Of a stretch of DNA of 64,000 nucleotides, positions 46,765-54,865 are shown one piece after another. This DNA is from an uncultured Bacteroidales bacterium (GTDB lineage: Bacteria; Bacteroidota; Bacteroidia; Bacteroidales; UBA932). A program made the position numbers and the translations under genes. The notes below the pieces were generated by a model. It had not been told where the DNA came from and did no database searches. It saw only the letters and a program-made list of their open reading frames with translations. How positions within the stretch are numbered: position 1 is the stretch's first letter; each line of letters starts with the position of its first letter. The stretch lies in NCBI GenBank assembly GCA_944326245.1, contig CALVDF010000013.1, forward strand, positions 2,713 to 66,712, written 5' to 3'.

Positions 46765-49227
46765 ATGCAGGTATTGAAATTCGGCGGCACATCTGTCGCA
46801 AACGCAGAGAATATGTCAAGGGTCGCGGATATAGTGACCAAGGCTGTGGACCGGGACAGGACCATTCTGGTCTGTTCGGCCATCAGCGGCTTTACCGACG
46901 CCCTCATCCGGACCGGCCGTCTGGCTGCGGCGCGGGATGAGGCTTACAAGAGTATCATAGACGAGTATCAGGAGAAGCATTACCGGATCATTCACAGCCT
47001 GATCCAGGCGGACAAGCAGCGCGGTACCCTAGAGGCGTGCGATGCGGTGTTCGAGTCGCTCAGAGGCATCGCCAGAGGAGTCTGCCTGTTGGGCGAGCTG
47101 AGCGAGGCCAGCCTGGATGCGATACAGGGCTGTGGAGAACTCCTGTCAACCAGGATAATGGCCGTCCGCCTGGCCTCGGAGGGTATTCCGGTCAAATGGG
47201 TGGATTCCCGCGAGATAATCCGGACAGTGCGCAAGGACGGGGTGAATGTGGTGGATACGGCTGTCAGCTACGCCAACATGGCGGCTATGCTGGAGCGCAA
47301 CCCGGTGACTTCCCTGTTTGTCCTTCCCGGATTTATTGCCTCCGACAGCCACGGCCGCACCACGACCCTGGGCCGGGGCGGCTCCGACTACTCGGCCTCC
47401 CTGCTGGCCGTGGGCTGCGGAGTGCGCCGGCTCGAGATCTGGACGGACGTGACAGGGATGATGACCGCCAACCCGAGGATTGTCCCCTCGGCCCGGACCA
47501 TCAGCAACATATCCTACCGTGCGGCTCTGGAACTCTCCCATTTCGGCGCGAAGGTCATCTATCCTCCGACCATACAGCCGGTGGTGTCGGAGGGCATTCC
47601 TATCTATGTGAGGAACACATTCTGTCCTGACGCCCCGGGCACCCTGATAGAGAAGAACCCGCCCCGGAGCAAGGAGAGGCTCGTGGGCATTTCCAATTCC
47701 GACAAGATAGCCCTCATCTCCCTGGAAGGCAGCGGTATGGTGGGAGTGCCCGGCTTCTCCGCCCGCCTTTTCGAGAGCCTGAGCCGCAGCGGGATAAGCA
47801 TCATCCTCATCACCCAGGCATCTTCGGTGAACACTATGTGTGTGGCCATATCGGAAAAAGACGCTGCAAAGGCCAAGGAGGCGGCCGACAGCTGCTTTGC
47901 CTACGAGATATCCCTGGGCAAGCTCAATCCGCTGAAAGTCGAGAAGGGCTTCTCGATAGTCTGTCTGGTGGGGGACGACATCATGAGCCAGTGCGGCACT
48001 ACGGGCCGGATGCTCGCCGCTCTTGGACGTCACGGCATATCCATAAGGGCCACGGCGCAGGGCTCTTCGGAGCGGAACATCTCCGTGGTGGTGCGCTCTG
48101 AGGAGGCGGACCGGGCCATCCGCTACATCCACAACGAGTTTTTCGACAGGACTCCGGCCCGGGACATCAACCTCTTCATCGCCGGTTACGGTACGGTCGG
48201 CAAGGCGCTGGTGGACATCATCCGCCGCAACGGAGACGCAATAGCAGCCCGCACCGGCAAACGGCTGCGGATCGCGGGCATTTCCAACAGCCGCCGCTAT
48301 GTGCTGGATACCGAGGGCATTTCTCCCGAGTGGACAGGTGAGCTGCTTGAAGGAGGGGTCAGTGCTGCGGACGATGCTTATTTCGAGGCTCTTGCCCACA
48401 CGTCTCTGGAAAACTCCGTGTTTGTCGACTGCACTGCCAGCGAGGATGTGGCCTGCAAGTATCCGCTGCTTTTCCAGCACGGCTACTCGGTGGTGGCCTG
48501 CAACAAGATAGCCTTCTCGTTCCCGTACTCCCAGTACCGTGCTATCCGCAGCTCGGCCTTGGAAAACGGCGTGAGCCTCAGATATGAGACAGCTGTCGGG
48601 GCGGCCCTGCCCGTGCTCGATGCCGTATCCCGGTGTGTCTGCAGCGGTGACCGGATTCACCGGATAGAGGCCGTGCTGTCGGGGACGCTCAACTATATTT
48701 TCAGTACTTATGACGGCGGTGCGGCGGTGACATTCGCCGATACCGTGCGGCAGGCTGTGGCTGCCGGATACGCCGAGCCGGACCCCCGCATTGACCTCAG
48801 CGGACGGGACGTGCTCCGCAAGCTGCTGATCCTCGCCCGGGAGGCCGGATTGCCTATAGAAGAGGAGGATGTGGCGGTGGAGCCCCTGCTGCCGGCAGAA
48901 TATTTTGAGGGCGGCACGGAGGATTTCTACCGCAGGCTGCAGGAGCATGAGCCGGAACTGGCGGCCCGGTACAGGGATGCTGCGGAGAAAGGGCTGCGGC
49001 GCCGGGTCGTGGCCTTACTGGAGCATTGCCCCGATGCGGCGACCGGGTACCGCGCCTCCATTGTCCTGAAGGAGGTGGGGGAGGACCATCCCCTGTTCAA
49101 CCTCTCCGGAACGGACAACGCTGTTCTCCTGGAGACGGATTTTTATCCCTCGCCGCTGGTGATTCAGGGTGCGGGGGCGGGAGCATACCAGACGGCTTCC
49201 GGTATATTGAACGATATTTTAAAATAA
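46765..49227 (+). CDS. thrA: bifunctional aspartokinase / homoserine dehydrogenase
   Basis: 820 aa. It has the MQVLKFGGTSVA kinase N-terminus, ACT-like middle segments and a homoserine dehydrogenase C-terminal half (GAGAGA...). Confidence 0.92.
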   Translation: MQVLKFGGTSVANAENMSRVADIVTKAVDRDRTILVCSAISGFTDALIRTGRLAAARDEAYKSIIDEYQEKHYRIIHSLIQADKQRGTLEACDAVFESLRGIARGVCLLGELSEASLDAIQGCGELLSTRIMAVRLASEGIPVKWVDSREIIRTVRKDGVNVVDTAVSYANMAAMLERNPVTSLFVLPGFIASDSHGRTTTLGRGGSDYSASLLAVGCGVRRLEIWTDVTGMMTANPRIVPSARTISNISYRAALELSHFGAKVIYPPTIQPVVSEGIPIYVRNTFCPDAPGTLIEKNPPRSKERLVGISNSDKIALISLEGSGMVGVPGFSARLFESLSRSGISIILITQASSVNTMCVAISEKDAAKAKEAADSCFAYEISLGKLNPLKVEKGFSIVCLVGDDIMSQCGTTGRMLAALGRHGISIRATAQGSSERNISVVVRSEEADRAIRYIHNEFFDRTPARDINLFIAGYGTVGKALVDIIRRNGDAIAARTGKRLRIAGISNSRRYVLDTEGISPEWTGELLEGGVSAADDAYFEALAHTSLENSVFVDCTASEDVACKYPLLFQHGYSVVACNKIAFSFPYSQYRAIRSSALENGVSLRYETAVGAALPVLDAVSRCVCSGDRIHRIEAVLSGTLNYIFSTYDGGAAVTFADTVRQAVAAGYAEPDPRIDLSGRDVLRKLLILAREAGLPIEEEDVAVEPLLPAEYFEGGTEDFYRRLQEHEPELAARYRDAAEKGLRRRVVALLEHCPDAATGYRASIVLKEVGEDHPLFNLSGTDNAVLLETDFYPSPLVIQGAGAGAYQTASGILNDILK

Positions 49228-49236
49228 ACATACCTT

Positions 49237-50538
49237 ATGAAAAGAAATTACAGATTCGAGACCCTGCAGGTCAGGGCGGGACAGGAGATTGATCCGGTGT
49301 CCAAGGGCACGGCTGTGCCTATCTATCAGAGTACTGCATACGTTTTCGACGACATGGAGTACGGCAAGGAACTGTTTGAGCTCAAGAAGGCGGGCAATAT
49401 CTACACCCGCATCACCAACACTACCAACGAGGTGTTCGAGAAGCGCATGGCGGCTCTTGAAAACGGCGTGGCGGCCACGGCGACGGCTTCGGGGCAGTCG
49501 GCGGTGCTGCTGAGCATCCTCAATATCGCCGGCCCCGGGGACAATGTAGTGACCTCCCCCTTCCTCTACGGCGGCACCTTCACCATGTTTGCCATCACCC
49601 TCAGGGACATGGGTATAGAGATGCGTTTCGCAGCCAGCGACAGGACGGAGGACCTGGAGGCGCTGGTGGACGGCAGGACCAAGGGCATCTTCATAGAGAA
49701 TCTGGCCAATCCGGCGTTCAGCATCCCGGACTTCGAGCCGATAGTGGAGATGGCCCGCCGTCACGGTATCTGCGTTCTGGTGGACAATACCTTCGGTATG
49801 GCCGGGTGGCTGCTGCGGCCGGTGGACTGGGGCTGCAACGTGGTCATCCATTCGGCGACAAAATGGATCTGCGGCCACGGTACGGCTCTCGGCGGAGTGG
49901 TAGTGGACGGCGGCAATTTTGACTGGACTCCGGAGAAATACCCTCTGCTGGCGGCTTCCTCGGAGAGCTATCACGGGGTGGTGTACACCGATGTGTTCGG
50001 GCGCGGGGCCTTCGCCGGCAGGGTGAGGGTGGACGGCCTGCGCAATCTCGGCCCGGCTCCCTCCCCGTTCAACTCCTTCCTGATGCTCCAGGGCCTGGAG
50101 ACTCTCTCGCTCAGGGCAGAGCGCTGCTGTGACAATACCCTCGAGGTGGCCCGTTTTCTCCAGCGTCATCCGGCTGTGGAGAGTGTCAACTACCCCGGGC
50201 TCGAGGACAATCCCTATCACGCACTGGGCTGCAAGTACCTCCGGGGCGGCTTCGGCGGAGTGCTCACTTTCAGGGTCAAGGGCGGATTCGACGCCGCCGC
50301 GGCTCTGGTGGACCGTCTGGAACTGATCCTGCACGTGGGCAGCGTCGGGGATGCCAAGTCCCTGATAGTGCATCCGGCCTCGACGACCCACTCCCAGCTG
50401 AGTCCTTCCGAGCAGGTGGCCGCCGGGGTATATCCCAACATGCTGCGGCTGTCGGTCGGTATCGAGCATGTGGATGACCTGATCTATGATCTGGAGAATG
50501 CGTTGAACTCTTTGGGAAAACAGGAGGTGCGGAAATGA
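49237..50538 (+). CDS. metY: O-acetylhomoserine aminocarboxypropyltransferase (sulfhydrylase)
   Basis: 433 aa PLP enzyme. HSATKWICGHG contains the PLP Lys, and the Cys/Met-metabolism family N-terminus FETLQVRAGQ is present. Confidence 0.92.
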   Translation: MKRNYRFETLQVRAGQEIDPVSKGTAVPIYQSTAYVFDDMEYGKELFELKKAGNIYTRITNTTNEVFEKRMAALENGVAATATASGQSAVLLSILNIAGPGDNVVTSPFLYGGTFTMFAITLRDMGIEMRFAASDRTEDLEALVDGRTKGIFIENLANPAFSIPDFEPIVEMARRHGICVLVDNTFGMAGWLLRPVDWGCNVVIHSATKWICGHGTALGGVVVDGGNFDWTPEKYPLLAASSESYHGVVYTDVFGRGAFAGRVRVDGLRNLGPAPSPFNSFLMLQGLETLSLRAERCCDNTLEVARFLQRHPAVESVNYPGLEDNPYHALGCKYLRGGFGGVLTFRVKGGFDAAAALVDRLELILHVGSVGDAKSLIVHPASTTHSQLSPSEQVAAGVYPNMLRLSVGIEHVDDLIYDLENALNSLGKQEVRK

Positions 50539-51527
50539 AAGTGGCAGTAGTAGGCGCCACCGGACTGGTAGGCGCTGTTATCCTGAAAGTATTGGAAGAA
50601 AGACAATTCCCGGTCTCGGAGCTGCTGCCGGTGGCTTCGGAGCGGTCGGTGGGGCGGACGGTGCGCTTCGCCGGCTCCGAAGTGCCGGTGGTGAGTGCGG
50701 AGACAGCCCTGGCGGCCCGGCCGCAGATAGCCCTTTTCTCCGCCGGGGCCGCGGTCTCCCGGAAGCTGGCTCCCCGTTTTGCCGCCATCGGATGCCGGGT
50801 GGTGGACAATTCCTCCTGCTGGCGGATGGACCCCTCCGTCCCGCTGGTGGTGCCTGAAATCAACGGCGATGTGCTGGGTGCGTCGGACATGATCGTCGCC
50901 AATCCCAATTGTTCCACGATCCAGATGCTCCTGCCCCTGGCGCCCCTGCACCGCCGCTGGGGTATCCGCCGTATCGTGGTCTCCACCTACCAGTCGGTCT
51001 CCGGGACGGGTTACAAGGCCCTGGCGCAGATGGAGGCTGAGCGGGCCGGCCGTCAGTGGGGAGAGTATCCGGCGGTCTATCCCCATCCGATAGACCTGAA
51101 CATCCTGCCGCATATCGACGATTTTCTGGACAGCGGCTACACCAAGGAGGAGATGAAGATGGTCAATGAGACGCATAAGATCCTGGCCGATCCCGGTATA
51201 GCCGTGTCTCCGACGACAGTCAGGGTACCGGTTACCGGAGGTCATTCCGAATCCGTCAACGTGGAGCTGTGCCGGGATTTCGACCTTTCCGAAGTGCGTT
51301 CCGTCATTGCTTCCGCCCCCGGCTGCGTCCTGCAGGATGACCCGTCAGCCGCCGTTTATCCTATGCCGTTGTACGCCCAGGGGCGGGACGAGGTCTTCGT
51401 AGGCCGCATCCGCCGCGACCCTACCGTCCCCTACGGCCTTAGCCTCTGGTGCGTAGCCGACAACCTCCGCAAGGGGGCCGCTGTCAATGCCGTGCAGATT
51501 GCCCAGCTGCTGTTGCAGTACGTGTAG
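50535..51527 (+). CDS. asd: aspartate-semialdehyde dehydrogenase
   Basis: 330 aa with MKVAVVGATGLVG (Rossmann fold) and NPNCSTIQM (active-site Cys). The start overlaps the metY stop. Confidence 0.95.
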   Translation: MKVAVVGATGLVGAVILKVLEERQFPVSELLPVASERSVGRTVRFAGSEVPVVSAETALAARPQIALFSAGAAVSRKLAPRFAAIGCRVVDNSSCWRMDPSVPLVVPEINGDVLGASDMIVANPNCSTIQMLLPLAPLHRRWGIRRIVVSTYQSVSGTGYKALAQMEAERAGRQWGEYPAVYPHPIDLNILPHIDDFLDSGYTKEEMKMVNETHKILADPGIAVSPTTVRVPVTGGHSESVNVELCRDFDLSEVRSVIASAPGCVLQDDPSAAVYPMPLYAQGRDEVFVGRIRRDPTVPYGLSLWCVADNLRKGAAVNAVQIAQLLLQYV

Positions 51528-51569
51528 GAAATTTTGCTAACTTGCAGGAAATTTCAAGTACTACCTATT

Positions 51570-52601
51570 ATGAAAAATCTGTTTTCAGCAGCATTTATCG
51601 CAGCCGCGGCCGTTCTGTTGTCCGGCTGCACATCTGGGGGCAAGTATGTAATCGAAGGCTCAGGTGACCAGCTGGTGGACGGGCACTGGATGTATGTCAC
51701 TGACGGAGTGGACTGGTCGATGCTGGACTCGGCGCTGATAGAGAACGGGGTGTTCAGGATAGAGGGGGCGGACATGGGCTCGGGTGTGGCCATGCTTTAT
51801 ATGGGGGCCAGTTCCGCGCCTTCGGGACTGTATCAGATGAGCGAGATGATTTTCCTCGAGCCGGGAACCGTGTCGTTAGAGTATATCCCGGACTATGAGA
51901 TGTATTTTGCGCATGGAACACCTATGAATGACCTCTACTATGAGCTGTCTTTCGGAGACGCCGGGGATTATGAGGATCCGCTGGACATCATCCGGGCCAA
52001 TCACAACGTGCTGGGTCTTACACTCCTGCAGGGTATGCTTGCAATGTCCTCCAAGCCGGAGATCGAGGCGGTCCTGGCGGAGTTCCCGGAGAGCATGAAG
52101 ACACATCCGCTTTATATCCAACTGGAGGAGATGCTCGAGCCGATCAAAGCCGACCTCGGAATGCCCTACTGGGACATCGAGGGCAAGGATGTGGAGGGCA
52201 ATGCGGTGCGGCTCAGCGATGTGGTGGAGCGTGACGGCGTGCGCTACGTGCTGCTGGACCTGTGGGCCTCGTGGTGCGGTCCGTGCCGGGAGGAGAATCC
52301 CAATCTGGTCAAGCAGTATTCCCGTTTCCGCAGCTCAGGTTTCGAAATATACGGAATGTCTTTCGACAGTGATCCTGAAAGTTGGCGTAAGGCGTTGAAA
52401 GAGTTCGGCATGAACTGGACCAATGTCATTACGGAATTCCCGGGAGGTCCACGTACAAGCCCTATCTGGACCGGCTACGGCATGGACGGCATCCCCTGGA
52501 ACTACCTCATCGACGCCTCCACCGGAGAGATCATCGCCAAGAACCTTCGCGGTGAAGCCCTCGCAGCCGAGCTTGAGGCCCTCTTCACAGAACAAAAGTA
52601 A
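51570..52601 (+). CDS. TlpA-like thiol:disulfide oxidoreductase lipoprotein
   Basis: Start set at MKNLFSAAFIAAAAVLLSGC (lipobox). The C-terminal thioredoxin fold carries LWASWCGPCR. Confidence 0.8.
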   Translation: MKNLFSAAFIAAAAVLLSGCTSGGKYVIEGSGDQLVDGHWMYVTDGVDWSMLDSALIENGVFRIEGADMGSGVAMLYMGASSAPSGLYQMSEMIFLEPGTVSLEYIPDYEMYFAHGTPMNDLYYELSFGDAGDYEDPLDIIRANHNVLGLTLLQGMLAMSSKPEIEAVLAEFPESMKTHPLYIQLEEMLEPIKADLGMPYWDIEGKDVEGNAVRLSDVVERDGVRYVLLDLWASWCGPCREENPNLVKQYSRFRSSGFEIYGMSFDSDPESWRKALKEFGMNWTNVITEFPGGPRTSPIWTGYGMDGIPWNYLIDASTGEIIAKNLRGEALAAELEALFTEQK

Positions 52602-52607
52602 ATCGTT

Positions 52608-53600
52608 ATGAATAATTCCCTAAAGCTGTTTTTCACAATCACGATATTATTGTCAGTGTCTATGCTCATAGTGTCAGCTCAGACGCCTGTCCCGGAGTCT
52701 GAGCTGATAATATACAAAATGCAGAATTACCGTGACCACAATCCCCTGTATTTCATGGAGGCGGATGAAGTCTACAGAGGTGTGAGGATGATGGCCGACA
52801 GCTCATACTCGGCTCATAAGGACAGTCTCGGTAATCTCGTCCTGGACCGCAAGCGCGGCGGTAATGAATATACCTATGATACACTTGGACGTATAACCTC
52901 CAATCCCGGAGTTTGGGTCAGCTATCAGTACGAGGGTAATGTTCTGGAAATTAAGGGAGTGGCGAAAGAGGACTGCCGCCTGTCTTTCAAGTATAGGATA
53001 GAATATGCCGGAAAGTATCCGGTCCGCAGGAGTATGGTCCATATCAATTATAAGGGAGATGAGGTAAAATCGGAGGAGTGGTGGACCTATGACCGGTTCG
53101 GCAGAATGACAGGATATACGGTAGTGGATGAGGGATCGACATTGTCTGATTCCATTTACGCAGTGATAAGTTATAACGGTTATCACACCTATGACCGCAG
53201 GAATATAACTGTGTGTCTAAGTGAGGGTCTGCTGTACTACAACCGTCTTGACCAGTATGATGACGCCGGCAGAATAATCCGCTCGTACATATGCGATGAA
53301 TATGACTGGACGCAATGTGTCGAGGAATACGAGTATGCGGACAGTCTGAATGCTGCGCCCTATGTCCGGACCACCTCTATCATTCAAAGCAGCTCTCATC
53401 CCGCCAATAAGAAAATCAGGGAGACCTATGACTCCAACGCTTGGCTTGTCCGTGTCGAGGAATCGGAAGACGGGGTGATGCCATTTTCAACCAAAGAGGA
53501 AATCAAAATAGAATACGATGACAGGGGCAATGTCGTAAAGTGGTTCTTTATCTCCCCTTGGTGGTGTCAGTGCGATTTTGTCGAGTACGAGTATTATTAG
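52608..53600 (+). CDS. secreted hypothetical protein with YD-repeat-like motifs
   Basis: It has a signal peptide. YxYDxxGR-like motifs recur (YTYDTLGRI, WTYDRFGRM, QYDDAGRI, EYDDRGNV). It appears more AT-rich than its neighbours by eye. Confidence 0.45.
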   Translation: MNNSLKLFFTITILLSVSMLIVSAQTPVPESELIIYKMQNYRDHNPLYFMEADEVYRGVRMMADSSYSAHKDSLGNLVLDRKRGGNEYTYDTLGRITSNPGVWVSYQYEGNVLEIKGVAKEDCRLSFKYRIEYAGKYPVRRSMVHINYKGDEVKSEEWWTYDRFGRMTGYTVVDEGSTLSDSIYAVISYNGYHTYDRRNITVCLSEGLLYYNRLDQYDDAGRIIRSYICDEYDWTQCVEEYEYADSLNAAPYVRTTSIIQSSSHPANKKIRETYDSNAWLVRVEESEDGVMPFSTKEEIKIEYDDRGNVVKWFFISPWWCQCDFVEYEYY

Positions 53601-53650
53601 AGTTGTTGATGCGTAGGTCAGGATGTATGGCAGGGCATGGCGGTAAATCC

Positions 53651-53938
53651 TCAGTGCAGATATGACTTTAATGCTTCGACGTACGCGGCGAAGGCACGCG
53701 CCCCCGTCTCCGTTATCCTGCACACCGTCCGCGGCTTCTTCCCCGCAAACCCTTTCTCGACAGAGATGTACCCTGCCTCGGAGAGCTTGTCGATCTGCAC
53801 GCTCAGATTGCCGGCAGTGGCTCCGGTGGCCTCGCGCAGGTACACGAAGTCGGCCTCTTCCATGGTCAGCAGGGTGGACATGACGGCCAGACGCAGTTCG
53901 GAGTGCAGCAGCGGGTCGAGTTTCGCAAATTCTCCCAT
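53651..53938 (-). CDS. winged-helix transcriptional regulator (small, ArsR/MarR-like)
   Basis: 95 aa. LHSELRLAVMSTLL...AGNLSVQIDKLSEAGYI is a typical wHTH. Confidence 0.7.
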   Translation of the reverse strand: MGEFAKLDPLLHSELRLAVMSTLLTMEEADFVYLREATGATAGNLSVQIDKLSEAGYISVEKGFAGKKPRTVCRITETGARAFAAYVEALKSYLH

Positions 53939-53943
53939 GGCTG

Positions 53944-54543
53944 TTACTGCAGTTTACTGGTTTGACGGTTGAATATCAGGCCTGGGATGACCAGGGTCAT
54001 CAGCGCTGCGACGGCCATGATCAGCGGAGTGGGTATGTTCAGGAAGTAGTCGCAGGGCAGTCCCGCTATTCCGCAGATAATGCTGAGAATGAATACGGTC
54101 CATGAGCTGCAGAGGACCCCGGTGACTGCACCGGCCATGCCCAGAAGCAGTATTATGACACCGTTTGTCGGTATGGGAATGAAGAACGCCATGATGCCGA
54201 CGGCTATTGCCAGGATTCCGAATATGCCCCATACGATGCCCACGGACCTGGATACGAAATTCTCGCCCTTCCCCTTGCTCTCGATGCGTTTGAATACCAG
54301 CTGATTCAGAGGCCAGCCGATAAATGGAATCAGAAACCAGGCCAGGTTCCACAGATGATTGTTGTCCGAAAGTGTCAGCCCCAGCAGGACGATACCGGAT
54401 ACGAGGATTACGGTCGTTCCCCAGATGAGCATTGCGGTGCCGCCGCGCCGCTGAAAGTCCTGCCGGCTGTTGTTGATGGCCTCAGAGATGATTTCCAATG
54501 ACTTTTCTACTGAAAGTCCGTTTTTGTCGAAGTTGTTTTCCAT
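53944..54543 (-). CDS. integral membrane protein (hypothetical), co-oriented with the wHTH regulator
   Basis: Start set at MENNFDKNG (ATG at 54543). It has 5-6 hydrophobic helices, and there is a 5-nt gap to the downstream regulator. Confidence 0.5.
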   Translation of the reverse strand: MENNFDKNGLSVEKSLEIISEAINNSRQDFQRRGGTAMLIWGTTVILVSGIVLLGLTLSDNNHLWNLAWFLIPFIGWPLNQLVFKRIESKGKGENFVSRSVGIVWGIFGILAIAVGIMAFFIPIPTNGVIILLLGMAGAVTGVLCSSWTVFILSIICGIAGLPCDYFLNIPTPLIMAVAALMTLVIPGLIFNRQTSKLQ

Positions 54544-54865
54544 TGCTTTAAAATACTTTAAAAAATAAACCAAGTTCTGCAAAAAGAAGAGGGGCGCCGG
54601 TCTCCTCTCTTTGTTTACGATGCAAATATAAACCGATTTATTTTATAAACCAAATTTTATGAAAAATTTTTCGCAAATTTGCGGAAAGAGAAAATGTCCT
54701 ATGATATCAAGAGTAAAAAAGTATTCAATGGAAAATGAATGGCCGGGCAGTCCGTGTCTTATCCGATTTGGAAACCGACAGGAATGCGGGTATGGGAAGT
54801 ACAATGCAGATGGAAAGTATGAGCCGAGTGAGAAGAATATCCGGTCTTTCAGGCGGAACTTCGGT

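Noticed and set aside
47146-48948. 600-aa ORF antisense to thrA. The same applies to 45819-46907 antisense to metX, 49219-50469 antisense to metY and 50484-51245 antisense to asd.
   Set aside because: These are shadow ORFs opposite well-supported biosynthetic genes in the most GC-rich part of the window. Their Arg/Gly/Pro/His-rich composition is typical of non-coding frames.
54659-54865. 69-codon N-terminal extension of the GH16/GH20 ORF. The same applies to the TTG/GTG-extended starts at 10013, 31582, 34017 and 45470, and to long upstream extensions of several other ORFs.
   Set aside because: The extensions lack signal-peptide or domain features. Several contain the gene's own TAnnTTTG -7 box, and internal ATGs give N-termini matching the expected family starts or signal peptides.
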